Assembly: GCF_018350175.1 (NCBI RefSeq)
Contig: NC_058383.1
Span: 2,604,001 to 2,668,000, forward strand
Source of the DNA: Felis catus
Lineage: Eukaryota
Direction of reading: 5' to 3'
Length of the DNA stretch: 64,000 bases
Shown: in pieces, positions 21,480 to 33,748 of the stretch
Layout of the letters: every line of letters starts with the position of its first letter
How positions within the stretch are numbered: the stretch's first letter is position 1
Made by a program: the position numbers and the translations under genes
Notes under the pieces: generated by a model
Databases searched by the model: none
Seen by the model: the letters and a program-made list of their open reading frames with translations, nothing else
Told to the model about the DNA's origin: nothing

Positions 21480-21828
21480 TGTGAAAGGCATTGGGGCTTC
21501 CTCCTTCTCCTCTCTCCTGGATTGCCTGCTCTGGGAGAAGCAGGCTGCCATGTTGTGAGGGCACCCTCAGGAAGCCGCTGCTTGAGTCTACAGAGGCCTC
21601 CGGCCAACAGCCAGTGAGTGAGTTTGGAAGTGGATCCCGCCGCCCCACTCGGGCCCTCAGATGAGCCCCCAGCCAGCTGCTTGTCTGCAAGCTCGTGACT
21701 CAGCCAGGGACACCCCGCCATGCCATGTATGAGCCCCTGACCCACAGAAAGAGAGATAATTAAAGGCTTATTGTTTTGAGGCACATAGCTCTGTGGTAAT
21801 CTGTTACACAGCAACAGATGACTGATAT
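21480..21828 (+). mobile_element. MLT1 (MaLR) LTR
   Basis: ctgccatgttgtgagg...ccctgacccacagaaagagagataattaaagg...ggtaatctgttacacagcaacagatgactgata. Confidence 0.75.
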
Positions 21829-21854
21829 GGTCATTTCCTACCTTATTCCCTTTC

Positions 21855-22076
21855 TTTTAAAAAATTTTTTTTTAAATGTTTATTTATTTTTGAGACAGAG
21901 AGAGACAGAGCATGAATGGGGGAGGGGCAGAGAGAGAGGGAGACACAGAATCGGAAACAGGCTCCAGGCTCTGAGCCATCAGCCCAGAGCCCGACGCGGG
22001 GCTCGAACTCACGGACCGCGAGATCGTGACCTGGCTGAAGTCGGACGCTTAACCGACTGCGCCACCCAGGCGCCCC
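21855..22076 (-). mobile_element. Young feline Can-SINE
   Basis: Near-consensus body. Perfect 19-bp TSD tcctaccttattccctttc at 21836-21854 and 22078-22096. Confidence 0.97.
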
Positions 22077-22421
22077 ATCCTACCTTATTCCCTTTCATGG
22101 CTCCTCTGACATTTACAGTTAAGTAAGTAGCTGGGGAACTCACTGTGGAGAAATGTCCACTGTGGTCCCCACCATGGCCTTGGGGATCTGACCCGGGTAA
22201 GTGCTTACGGGGGTCACCGCACGCACCCAGCTGGTGGTAGTCCAAGTCTGCTGGGAGGCAGGATCAGGCCAAACAAAACAGACACCAGAAGCCCATCATT
22301 TTCAATGCCCTTTCCTTTACAAGACAAAATTATTTCCTGTGATAATCACACAATAATTAATACTTTCTTGGATCATTCTTTAGTTTTAAGGCAAACAGCA
22401 ACAACTAAAGACAAACTTTTA

Positions 22422-22622
22422 GGGGCACCTGGGTGGTTCAGTCGGCTGAGCGTCCCACTCTTGATTTTGGCTCAGGTCATGATCCCGGGGTCCTGGGATC
22501 GGGTCCTGAGTCAGGCTCCACACGAAGATACAGCCTGTTTGGTGGTCTCTCTCCCCCTCTCCCTCCGCCCCTTTCCCGTGCTCCTGCTCTCTAAGTAAAA
22601 AATAAAATAAATTTTAAAAAAG
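22422..22622 (+). mobile_element. Older Can-SINE
   Basis: ggggcacctgggtggttcagtcgg head, flanked by aaactttta. Confidence 0.9.
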
Positions 22623-22770
22623 CATAAACTTTTAAAGATATTATTTGAACTCCATGAAAGGAACGCCTTATTGAAACACAGGAACGTGCAGGGCCACGGG
22701 GGTGGGAGATCTGACTCGTTCCTGGAGCCAGCAAAACCTGGCTAACTTCCTCTTTAAATGAGCGCACACG

Positions 22771-22997
22771 GGGGCGCCCGGGGGGAGCTCAGTCGGCTAA
22801 GTGTCTCTTGATTTCGGCTCAGATCATTATCTCAGGGTTTCTGGGTTCGAGCCCCACATCAGGCTCTGTGCTGACAGCGCAGAGCCTGCTTGAGATTCTC
22901 TGTCTCTCTGCCCCCTTCCTGCTCTCTTAAAATAAAATAAAATAAAATAAAATAAAATAAAATAAAATAAAATAAAATAAAATAAAATAAAAATAAA
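22771..22997 (+). mobile_element. Can-SINE with tail expanded into an (AAAAT)n microsatellite
   Basis: SINE head and body, then about 13 AAAAT units at 22929-22997. Flanks aaa(t/c)gagcgc. Confidence 0.93.
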
Positions 22998-23265
22998 CGA
23001 GCGCCTGGTGCTGTGTTCCTGAGTGTCGGGGCCAACCATGGACCTGGGACTTCTCCGCATCACCCTCCACGTACGATATGAGGTCTACTCCAGGACGAGT
23101 CACAGACATGCCGACCTGAAGCCAGGCCACTCAGCCATCACCACAGGAAATGTCTAAATGTCTACAACTTAGGCTGATGAAAGATTTGGGGAGGGTGTGT
23201 GTGTTACCGCCAGCACAGTGCAGAACTACCACAGGGCAATAATAAAAGACAGACTTAAAAACATC

Positions 23266-23460
23266 TTTTTTGGATGTTTATTATTTTTGAGAGAGCACGG
23301 GTGTATATGGCGGGGGAGGGGCAGAGAGAGAGGAGAGAGAGAAAATCCCAAGCAGGCTCCGTGCTGTCAGCGTGGGGCTCGAACTCACGAACCATGAGAT
23401 CATGAGCTGAGCTGAGATCGAGAGCCAGACCCTTCACCCACTGAGCCACTCAGGCGCCCC
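23266..23460 (-). mobile_element. Can-SINE
   Basis: Reverse SINEC body ending gccactcaggcgcccc. Confidence 0.92.
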
Positions 23461-24763
23461 AAAAAGCAGATAGACTTTTAGGTGGTTTTATAGCTGTTTG
23501 AAAATCCTCTACAGACAGTGCACTCTCGCTGCATGCAGGCTCCTGGGATGGACAGCTCCCACCCTAGGCTGACCTTCTAGAAGGACCGAGGAAGGAGGCG
23601 TCCAGTTACGAGCTATGAGCACGACACCACGCTGGGAATGTTTTTTTCACACATATGGGGGCGGCGTTAGCGGTCTAGGGATTTGGGGACATTCGTACAG
23701 ACACTCTCTTCGAGGATCTTTGCTCTGCCAAGGACAGTGCTCTGGGTGGTGACAGCCAGGTCGTGGGTGTGGGCCACCCCTGTCTCGCTGCCCGGCACGC
23801 GCCCCGCTCCCCCCCCCCCCCCCCAGCAGAGTGCAGGCTTGCGGAAGACGCTTTGGCTGTCGTCAGGTTACAGCTCCATTTTCCTACGCGGAGCCCTTAA
23901 AACACATTTAAATATTTCAAATTGTCTCCAAATTTTTTTAGAATTCATAAATTTGTAACAGTAACAAGATCATAAAAGAAAAAGCTTGCCCCCGACCAAT
24001 AGGAGAGAGAACTGACTTATTTATATGTTTATCATTTATTTTCATTTCCCACCTGGATAGTCCCCGGAGATTTGATTTCTCGTTTCCTACAGAATCCAAA
24101 GACACAGAGCAGCAGTCGGTGTTAAATAATCTTTACTCTACACCTGTTTAAACTACCTGCAAGAGACACTAGTCATTTGTCCTTATGCACAAACATCAAT
24201 CCGGGGAACATGAAATTTTAACTATCCATAAATATTCCAACATCCGTACACACGGAGCATCTAATTCCAGCATCAAAATGCAGATAGGCACGAATAGATA
24301 TTTGGATTTATGACAAAGGGAATCTCATCTGGAAGCCCCTCCCAGGTAGGTCTGGGGGCTGGGTGTGACATATTTGGGATGATGTCTGTTTCCCTCTATT
24401 TCTATCAGGTTGATCCTGTAATCCTGTTTAATTAATAATACACGTTGCACGTTTCTCCCCCCTCGCTCCTTCCCATTTAAATTATGTTTGAAATGAGATG
24501 GCTGGATGCTTCTTACAAAAATGCCTTGAAAAATAAGCCGTGTCAGACATGAGTGATTTATTATCACTCAGAATGCTGGCTGGGGAAGTCTCAGAATTGA
24601 TGTCGCTTCCTGCTGGCATTTCTACGACGAGGACAGTCCAGGGTGCTCTCCTCCTGGGCCCTTGCACGCATGGGGAGGCAGCTCTCACATGCTGTCTCCC
24701 CTCCACTGTCTCCCGCTTCCTCACTCCCCTTTGCATGAAACTTGCCCCAGCTTTTGGAGGGCA

Positions 24764-24865
24764 TGTGGAGCCTGACATGAGGCTCGAACTCATGAACCAT
24801 GAGATCATGAGCTGAGCCGAGATCAAGAGTCAGACCCTTCACCGATTGAGCCACTCAGGCGCCCC
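24764..24865 (-). mobile_element. Can-SINE 5' half, apparently copied from the 23266-23460 element
   Basis: No tail. Shares variants (catgagctga, cagacccttcacc, gccactcagg) and 43 bp of flank with the 23.4 kb copy. Confidence 0.85.
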
Positions 24866-25104
24866 AAAAAGCAGATAGACTTTTAGTCGGTTTTATAGTT
24901 GTTTGAAACTAGAGACCAGCCACTATGCCCATAAAGTCAACGACCAGCAGAACAGAGATCCCATGGTCGGGAAGACCTCAAATGAGTTGCATCACACTGA
25001 CGAGTTCACAGGTTAGCGACCTTCCAAGCCAAGGTTCTTGGACACATTCTGCCCAAATCACAGGGTCGCTGTGCTGTCGATAGTTTGCTCTGTCGGGAAT
25101 ACGA

Positions 25105-25485
25105 GTGATTATTTATTGAGCACGTACTATGTGCCATGCACTGAGCCCGTTGCAGGAGCGATCTCACTCCTCACTCTTCACAACTGGTATTAAGGGCATC
25201 CCTATTTCACAGGTGAGAAAACTGAGGAACCCAGCAAGCACACAGCCCATCCAGGAGAGAGACCCAGATGGCCAGAGTCCAGACTCAACCCGTTCAATGG
25301 ACTATTGCTTACTAATAACCATAGCTAGCCTTTTCCGAACACTGCATGCCAAGAGATGTGCTAAGCCTTCCAGAACTACTGCTTCCTTTTGTCTTGGCAG
25401 GACGTACAGGGACAAAGATTGTTGTCCACATTTGACAGGTGAGGAAACAACGGAGGCTCGGAGAGTGAAGTCAGTTGTCTAAGGG
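25105..25485 (-). mobile_element. Two tandem MIR remnants
   Basis: atttattgagcacgtactatgtgcca...tttcacaggtgagaaaactgagg and cacatttgacaggtgaggaaacaacggaggctcggagagtgaag. Confidence 0.7.
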
Positions 25486-26676
25486 AAGCCCTACGGCCAA
25501 TGGGAGGGCTGAATTCCTAGGGCCCCTTTTCTTCCCCCAACAGGGCAACGTTTCGTGGCAGGTCTGGTGGAAGAGACTGACGTACTCTGCCCACAACAGG
25601 TAAATTTCCTACTGAAATGCTCTCTCCTGGAACCGCGAGCACAAAAAGCAGCGAGCTGGCTGTCCCTACAGTTGCATCCAAGAGACGTTGAAAAAAAAAA
25701 AACATCTGGACGTCGTAGGCGATATTGATTCATACATACGCAGAGACCCAAATCGGAACGGGAGGGTAAAAAGCAAATCAATGAATAAATGCATTTCTTC
25801 TGCTCCCGACCTTAGATAATGTGTGCTGATTGAGGGCCTTGTCACTTATTCATAAAACCAGTGTTAAATATTAATTATTCGGCAGATGGCTCGGTCCCGG
25901 GAGGGGCCGCCACCGCCTCCCCCAAGGTGCTCTGGGGGCTCCCACAGCTTCCCCACCCCCACTCTGTCACCCAAGCCCTCGGACAGATTTAGATTAGAAG
26001 TCACCAGGACTCTGTCTCTACCAGCATGATCGTGGACAGGACAATTACGGAAACAGAATTCATTGTTCGAACAGGCTGAGCTCATAATATCAGTGTGGAT
26101 TTAGAAAAATCACTTCTTGGCCAGGAATTAAAAATAGCTCTCTCCCCCACCCCCGCCCCCACCCCCCTCTTTCTCTCTCTTGCCAGATTTAGAATCGGAG
26201 AAACCTTGATAGGTCACCTCCTAGTTAGTATTCCTGTGGTAACTCCGATTTGCCACAAGCTTGAGAATCATTTTCTTTTAAAATACCAGTTCTTTACAAC
26301 ATTCCTGGGACGGAGTTCCAAGTTATTAGCTTAGTTTTAAACGCACGGGGGTGGAGACACACAAGCAGGAGACCTACCTACCCAAGGAGCCTGAGGGACC
26401 GGTTTGGAGACTGCACGTTAGGACCTCACCTCCAAATGCGAGCACTCAGTGAGAGGGGAGCCCCGGCCGCTTCTCCTCAGCGCCCCCCCTTTGTCCATCT
26501 TCAATGGGTTCTCTGCCACCTTGGAATTGAAGAAGAAAAATTCAACAAGGGCCCGTATGGTGCTGTTTGGTAACGGCCGCGGGAACTGCAGCCCAGGGAC
26601 GGGGCCGAGCCCGGAGCAGGACTTGGGGGACCCAGCACTCCACTCCGTCACCTGCACCCCACCCCCCGGCCGAGCA

Positions 26677-27085
26677 TGTTGACGAGTGCCCCCCAAATTC
26701 ATGTCCACTTGGGGTCCCAGGAGGTGACCTTATTTGGAAATAGGGTGTCGGCAGATGTATTTATTTAAGATGAGGTTACACTGGATTAGGGTGGGCCCTA
26801 AACCCAACCACGGGTGTCCTTATAAAAAGGCCACGTGAACAGAGGAGGCAGGTCACGTGCCAGGGGTGGGGAGACAGAGATGGGAGTCGTGCGTCCACAA
26901 GCCAGGCAGCGCCCGCCAGAGCCACCAGGAGCTGGGAGAGGCAGCAAGGACCCTCCCCTGGAGGCCGCAGAGGAAGGGGGGCCCTGCCGACTCCCCGGGT
27001 TCAGCCATCTGGCCTCCAGAGCGATGAGGGAATAAATTCCTGTTGTTCGACGCCCCCCAGGTTGTGGTCCTCTGTTCTGGTGGCC
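26677..27085 (+). mobile_element. MLT1B/C-like MaLR LTR
   Basis: ccccaaattcatgtccac...gtgaccttatttggaaatagggt...agatgaggttacactggattagggtgggccctaaa...ggtgtccttataaaa...gaataaattcctgttgtt. Confidence 0.85.
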
Positions 27086-27290
27086 GCAGGTCCCCAACCC
27101 GTTTGGATGTGACCCTGCTCCTTACGGACCTTTGTCTCCCAAGGGGGCTTCCTGTCCTGGGCTGTGGTGTGGGCACAGGCGAGCGGTCACCCGCGGAGCA
27201 AGCCAACATTGCTCTTCTCGCTCGGGAAAGCGTATTTACACATTCCAGAACTGCCACCCGTTCGCTAAGTTAAGGAAAATAAAAATTCCT

Positions 27291-27509
27291 GGGGCGTCTG
27301 GGTGGCTCCGTCAGTTAAGGACCCGAGTCCTGGTTTCGTTTCAGGTCATGATCTCACGGTTCATGGGATCGAGCCCCACATCAGGCTCTGTGCTGACGGT
27401 GCTGAGCCTACTTGGGATTCTCTTTCTCTGCCTCACCCCTGCTCACTCTCTCTCTCTCTCTCTCAAAGAAATAAATAAACTTAAAAAAATAAACAATGTA
27501 AAATAATAG
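27291..27509 (+). mobile_element. Can-SINE
   Basis: Head ggggcgtctgggtggctc. TSD aaataaaaattc at 27277-27288 and 27510-27521. Confidence 0.93.
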
Positions 27510-28500
27510 AAATAAAAATTCTTGGAAACAAACAGTTCTTTCTGACCAGGGCCTGGGGTTGGAACGGGTCTCCAAACTAAAAAGTTGTTTTCACGTGGTC
27601 TTTTTTCTTTCTGCCGGCCTGACGCCCTTCTCTCACCCCACCTTCCTTCCTCTCCTCTGCCTCCTCTTGTCCCTCCTTGAACACCAACTCCAACTTGCCT
27701 GAGTAGGAGCTACGTGATTCTGGAATCTAAGGAACAAGGTTTGAGAAAGCCACCTCAGCCCTCCTTCCGAGTCCACACATATCCCCTGACAAAACAAGTC
27801 TTGAAACCCCACCGGTTCAAAATCACGGAGCGACAAAACCATACTTGATGGAAGCTTCCGGAATGTTAAGGACCAGACTCCGAGAGGCCAGGGTTTCTGT
27901 TGCCTCTGTCCCCGGAGAGACTCCCCGGCTCCCCGCCCACCTCTGTGAAGCAGACAGGTGACTAACACCACCTTATGGCCTCAGAGCAAAGTACATATCG
28001 ATGGCTCGTGATGAAGACAATGACAGTTTGGGCACAGGGAGGTCAAGCTCTGTTCTTGTCACGTCTTTTTATTTCCCTCCGCGCTTGGGAGCTTTGGAGA
28101 CGCCAAAAGAATTCTCTGGTGCCCCCTCAGACCTTCTGAGAAACAAGCATTTGGAATGTAATAATAATGTCACCGCCATAAAGAACTATGTTATAACCAA
28201 GCTGGGATGAGCTGCCCCAAACCTTCATGACCACACGGCCTCTGTTTGGAACCGCCGCTACGCGAACACACGGGTGTTTCTCTTACAAAGCACCGCTCGT
28301 TCCGCTCAGCTGATGGGCCCTATCTGCCTCCTTCCTAGAAGATGGTTCTACAAGTCTGTGCATTTCACCCACGTCACTCTTGGCACAGGAAGCATTTCTA
28401 TCGGGTGCGGTGGAAGTCCTCACGTCCATTAGGAGCAACGCGCGAGGCAATCCTACCACTCGGAAATCACAAGAGGAAATTATACTTAAAACAGGGAATT

Positions 28501-28555
28501 ATTATAATTATCTATAATATACATATAATAATATACATATTATAGTAATTATAAT
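28501..28555. repeat. AT-rich inverted repeat
   Basis: attataattatctataatat and atattatagtaattataat are reverse complements except for one gap, with a 16-nt spacer. Confidence 0.85.
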
Positions 28556-30384
28556 TACAATAGGGAAAATTACACCGGCTCATAGTCACGCACTTAACTG
28601 TCAAACTGAGATCTTTAAGATGACGAGCCACGGGAGAAAAATGAGGAGCGAAAACGCCAGGACAATTTATTCCGAGGATTCTCTCTCAGGGAAGGGGTCG
28701 CCTTCCGCTTGGTAATCATCTCCGAAGAAAGCCGTGGCTAACGGAGGAGGAAGGATCCGGGCTAACTCAGTGTGAGGTCAGGGGGTTCTGGCACCGGGGT
28801 TCGGGCTCCCAGACGGGAGTCCCAGTTCACACCTGCTGCGGAGCGGAGTCAGGGAACAGGGACGGAGGGTGAAAGGAGACCCCCCCCCCCCACCACGCAC
28901 ACCCTGCAAGCGCTGAACTTCTCATACCGCTAAGGGTAGAAGTAAGAGCTGGTTTGAGCCAGGAGACGAAACGGACCCAGAGGGTCCTCCCCAGCTCCCG
29001 CAGCTCCCACGGGCAGCCCTCTCCTGGATTCACCATCTCGTCCCGGTGGGGATTATTCTGAACAATTAAGGCAAAACTAGATATTTTCTCGAACGAGTTT
29101 TATGTCACAGAGAATCATTGCCAGGTTTTCCTCAATGCCGTGTGTAGGCTGCCCAATAAGCATGATGCTAAAAGTGTATTTTAGGGAGGAGGGAGGGGAG
29201 AAAGGAAAGAAGGCAGAGGGAGAGCGTTGGAGGGGGAGCGGGGTGGGCTGGCCTACATCGTGAGCACCCAGGACGGCACCTGCAAGCGAAGTTCTCCTTG
29301 ACCCCATTCACGATGCCTTTTTCTTACAGGAAAGCGTTTAGTCCCCAAGCCCAAACCTGGAGTTTCCATTCCACTTAAATACCCCGACACCCGCCTCCCC
29401 CAGCCGGGGCGCGTCCTTGCTGGCTTCCCCTCTGCCCACCGTCTGCTCAACACACGCACGCGTCTCAGCGACCACGTCCTCATGGGGCGCCCCAGCCACC
29501 TCCAAGCCGCCCGCCTCGCTTTACCCCTGCCGCAGAGGCTCCCAGCTACACCTGCGCATCGATTCGGTTTACAAAAACTGAGCCAAGCATTGATTCTCCT
29601 GCAGTCCGCCCTGGACCACAAAGCAGATTCTTCTGAAAACGGCCCCCGCCCTGCTTCCCTCTCCCTGGCGGCCCCCTTGGCTTTCCTAGGAGGCTGCTTT
29701 AGCAGGTCTGCGGCCAAGTCTCCACTTGTCCTCTAACTTCCAGACCCGACCACGCCTGGTCCCACAGCCTCGGTGCCTCCCTAAGTCGTGTTCTCCCCGT
29801 GCATCTGTCAGACGTCTGTCCACCCCTCGAGACACCCCCAGCAACCCCCCCCGGCAAGGCCCCCCGCGTCTCCGGCACCTGCAGCGAGGAGCTAGACCGC
29901 GAGGCTCCCAGGCCCGGCTATGCTAGCTGCAGGGTTCCCTACCGGGCGGCCTGGGTGATGCTCATCCCGGCTCGGTTTCTCCCTCTGCTCGCTCCTGCTT
30001 CCTCTGCCTCGCCTCCACGGTGTTAGCCCCACGGCACTCCTCCGTGGATGTCCTGCAGCCGGAGCTGAGCCCGCCTGTCTCGGAAACCTGGCCTGGACAG
30101 CACCTGAGGCCACTTTGGCATTTGGGAGGGGAAAAGGGCGGCAGGTGTGAGCTGGTGAAGGCTGATGGGAGGAGGAACGGAGCGCAGGGTCCACGTCCGA
30201 CCCGAGGCCCCACGCTCGGTCTTCTCCGCAGCCGGGAGAGGGGGAGCCACGCTCTGGGGCTGCGGGTGGAGGGGCAGGATGGGGAAACGAGCGCGCTCGC
30301 TCTTGTCCCCCCTGTGCCGGCAATTACGCAGCTCCTGTGACCTCGGTTCTCTGTCCGGTCCCCTTACTCATGTGCCTCCCAGCT

Positions 30385-30680
30385 GCATTGACCGTGCCCT
30401 TTATTGTCTGCGTCCTTGCTGACCCGAGGGCCTGCCCCTCCCAGGGCTCGCTGATTCCTAGCGGTAACACCATTCACCACGTGTGAGCCATTCGGAGGCA
30501 CCCCAAGCAGCCCAGAGCCCCTGCTCCAACTCCCTTCTCCACGGGGCTCTCACGCTCTGGGCCACCGTCCCCCCTGCCCTCATCACCAGAGCTGGGTACC
30601 AGCCCGCCGGGGGCGGCCCCTGGGCCCTGGGGCCGCTGGAATGATTCAAACTCCCCAGGCCTGAGCCGACTCGTGCTGTT
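30385..30680 (+). mobile_element. MER74/MER54-like ERVL LTR fragment
   Basis: ccttgctgacccgagggcctgcccctcccagggctcgctgattcctag and ggggctctcacgctctgggccac, shared with the 43.0 kb copy. Confidence 0.65.
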
Positions 30681-30936
30681 CATCCTTGGGGGGGTGAGCA
30701 GACTGGCTGGCTGTGCCCATTAGACCAGGAAAACGATGACTCACATGGATCAGCTGGCCCAGGAAGGGCCGTGGCCTGGGGCACATGTGTCTACAGAAGG
30801 AGCAGGTCCCAGAGGGCTCGCAGCTGAAAGCTGTCTGGCCTCAGCATTGCCAGCAGCTGGAGTGATGGGCTTCCCGCTGAACTTGGTGGGGCTCACAGCG
30901 GGGGGCACTGCGGTGGCGGGGGGGGGGCGGTGTGGG

Positions 30937-30996
30937 GAGCACAGGGCGGGGCACAGGGCTGGGCACAGGGCTGGGCACATGGCAGGGCTCGTGGCG
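30937..30996. repeat. 12-bp minisatellite (gggcacagggct), about 5 decaying copies
   Basis: gagcacagggcg gggcacagggct gggcacagggct gggcacatggca gggctcgtggcg. Confidence 0.85.
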
Positions 30997-31049
30997 GGGC
31001 ATCGCAGCCCCCCACCCCCTTCTCATTGAGACCACCCTTCAATCAGTAA

Positions 31050-31410
31050 ATCGCCGTTATTAAAACGTTCCCTTGTTTATTTCGTTTTGCTAAGTCTTAT
31101 TTGAAGTCATGTTATTTCTCCATTTGCTGATATCTCCGGCTGCGTTAATTGCCGTAGAGAAGGAAAACGTAACTGTCGAGCGCGCGAGTGTGCTGTGTTA
31201 AGTGATCAGGTTATCGGCGTTTCGAATGCCTGATGTTATGCAAAGATACTCGGCAGATTGTTATGTGGGTGTTGGCGAGAGTTTTAGTAATTTTCAGGAG
31301 TTTCTTGGGGTTTTTGAACGGCCTGGAATGCGTTGTGATATTTTCCCGCTTAAAATAATGGAATACAGTCTCCCGTGATCCCAAATGCTGCTCCGGGACA
31401 CATTTGAGGG
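31050..31410. mobile_element. Possible ancient DNA transposon (Tigger-like) remnant
   Basis: Abrupt AT-richer block with ggcctggaatgcgttgtgatattttcccgcttaaaataatggaa, reminiscent of Tigger subterminal sequence. Confidence 0.3.
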
Positions 31411-31479
31411 GGCAGCTTGGGTTGGTGTTTCACTCAGCAATGAGGCAGGGGAGGTTTATTTCCTACTTTTACAGTCCTG

Positions 31480-31586
31480 CCGAGCTGTGAGCACAGAACC
31501 GGATGCGGGGCTGGAACCCACGAGCCACGAGATCATGACCTGGGCCGAAGTCAGATGCTCATCCGACTGAGCCCCCCAGGCGCCCC
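31480..31586 (-). mobile_element. Can-SINE 5' half
   Basis: cgagctgtgagcacagaacc...gagatcatgacctgggccgaagtc...ccaggcgcccc; no tail. Confidence 0.9.
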
Positions 31587-32284
31587 AAAGGGCATGCATT
31601 TTGAACTTTAACGGAGAGCGTAGGGCTAATTCCCGTTCAAAGCTTGCAGCGACGAACACTCTTTTATAAGGTCTGGGAGCACTGGTTCCCAATATACTTG
31701 CACGCACTGGAAGCCGGTACCCCTTAATCATTGGTTAATCAATGAAAAATGTGTTCTCATGATCAGTTCAACTTGCTTTTCCTCAATGGGTTGTAAGTTC
31801 AAGCAATTTTCCTCAAGTGCAACAGGCAATTTTGACTTCCTTTTCCATGCACCGTCTGTTTGTAGGTTTCTGGACTACTTTTCTCTCAAGTCTTGGTTCC
31901 CTGACCCATAAACTGGGAAACACTGGCATCTGTCTCTCGGGCGTTGTGAAGCCTTCCTGAGTTTACAAGGCACGTGAAGGGCTCGGCAAGGCGCCTTGCA
32001 ACAGGGAGGGCACCACCGTTACCGGGGCACAGAGGGTGCAAGACCCCAGGGGCTCTTCGGTCTCCACACGGTGGGTCGGGCCTGGGAAGGGAAGAGGCCC
32101 GGTGAAGACGAGCACAGCCACGTTGTGGGCTGGTTGAAGGCAGAAGGCTCTAGCAGTGAGGCCTGGAACGGGCAGTGGAAATTTCAGGAGCTAAGCATGG
32201 AGAACGGAAATGGGGAGCAGTGTCGGTGGGGGGCTTGGGGGGTGTCAAGAAAAACGGGGCTGGTCCTGAGCAGTAGCCATGGGA

Positions 32285-32465
32285 ATAATGTACATGATGC
32301 AGCCGCCGTGCTCCAAGTACTTTGCCTCCACAACATCCGAGTGAGATGGGGCCACCTGATTATCCCCATCCTGAGACTCAGAGGGGTTAAGGGATTTGCC
32401 CAAGGTCACACAGCATGTGGATGGCAGGGCAGAAACACAAACCCAAGATCGTCTGACCTCTAGCC
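32285..32465 (-). mobile_element. MIR remnant
   Basis: attatccccatcctgagactcagaggggttaagggatttgcccaaggtcacacagc. Confidence 0.75.
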
Positions 32466-33435
32466 CCTGAAGTCTCCTCTGTCCCATCTTAAGAGACGGA
32501 ACTCACTGGTTTCCAAGTGACGCCCCCCCCTTAGGCAGAGGGACCCCTGATAACCTGGGTCACACCCAGAAGCCCAAACTGTTGCCTTTTCTTGGTTTCT
32601 TTGCTAGAATTTTAGGAAGAAAACCGGAAGCTCCCCAAGTCACTGTGCAGCCTCTGGATTTCTAGATCAAGCAGGAGATGCGTTTGTTACCACACTAACG
32701 CGAGAAGAAATGAACCGAAATGCTGAGTTTTGTAGGGAGTGATTGGCTGCAGGTGTCAGTAATTAGCAAAGAATGAGCCATTTGATGTTTGTAGACACAG
32801 GCTTCCCAACTTTCTATTCAAAAATAAACTTTGTGGGCATATTGTTTTGAGCAGCTTCTGCTAATGCATATGTCTATCTTGATGTCGTAATTCAGCATAA
32901 ATATTTTAAATAAGTCAATAACGTTGTCCTCCAGTGGCAGCACACAAATGAAATTTTCAAAAATGAAGGAAGAGTAAAATATTTTTTAGCGAGCGAGGCA
33001 GAAACGTGCAAGCCAGCCACATGGAAATTACAGCTTTCTTGCTCTTTCTTTTTTCCTCCCTCTTTCTCTTGGTTTCTTGGGGTATAAATAATTCACCTTC
33101 AATATCCCGTCCAAAGCAGGTATGGAGCAAATGAAACAAACAGAATGCAGTGGATATCTGCAGGCTTTGGAAATGGCATTAGAAATGCCACTTAAAGTGG
33201 ATAGTCACTAGTTAGTCCGGCATTGTACTGCCCAGCAACTACCTGAGTTCAGAGCGGGGAGGGGTCGAAGATGGAACGTCCGTATAGACCGAGGTATCTG
33301 TGACTTAAAAAGTGGAACCTATTCCTTTATCAAAGCAGACTAGTCAGCCAGCTAGCACATCTGAGGCTCTCTGTGTTTGCAGCAGGTGGGAATAGGAGCC
33401 TGGAAAGCCTTTCCCTCGTGAACTGTGCTCGCAAG

Positions 33436-33478
33436 TGTGTCTGGGTGTGATGTGTGTGTGTGTGTGTGTGTGTGTGTG
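33436..33478. repeat. (TG)n microsatellite
   Basis: Direct reading. Confidence 0.9.
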
Positions 33479-33575
33479 GTGTATATATTTTAAGTCTTCG
33501 AATCAGTGTCTGCATCAACCATAGCCCAACATGGCACAGCCCTTATCATGGGAAATTGGGTCCAGGTTTCTCACT

Positions 33576-33748
33576 TTTTTTTTTTTTTTTTTAGGGAGAG
33601 AGATTGAGAGAGAAAGAGAGAGAGAGAATGAGCAGTAGAGGGAGAGAGAGAGAGAGAGAGGGAATCTTAAGCCCTGAGATCCAGAGATCATGACCTGAGC
33701 AGAAATCAAGAGTCAGACACTTCATCGACTGAGCCCCCCAAGCACCCT
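33576..33748 (-). mobile_element. Can-SINE with internal deletion
   Basis: PolyT, GA tract, gagatcatgacctgagc. TSD aggtttctcact at 33564-33575 and 33750-33761. Confidence 0.9.

Noticed and set aside
26832..26860. Two CACGTG E-boxes about 20 bp apart
   Set aside because: They lie within an MLT1 LTR, where such sequence is near consensus, and the spacing is not distinctive.
30937..30996. Short direct repeats as a possible CRISPR-like array
   Set aside because: Contiguous 12-bp units without spacers in a mammalian genome; an ordinary minisatellite.
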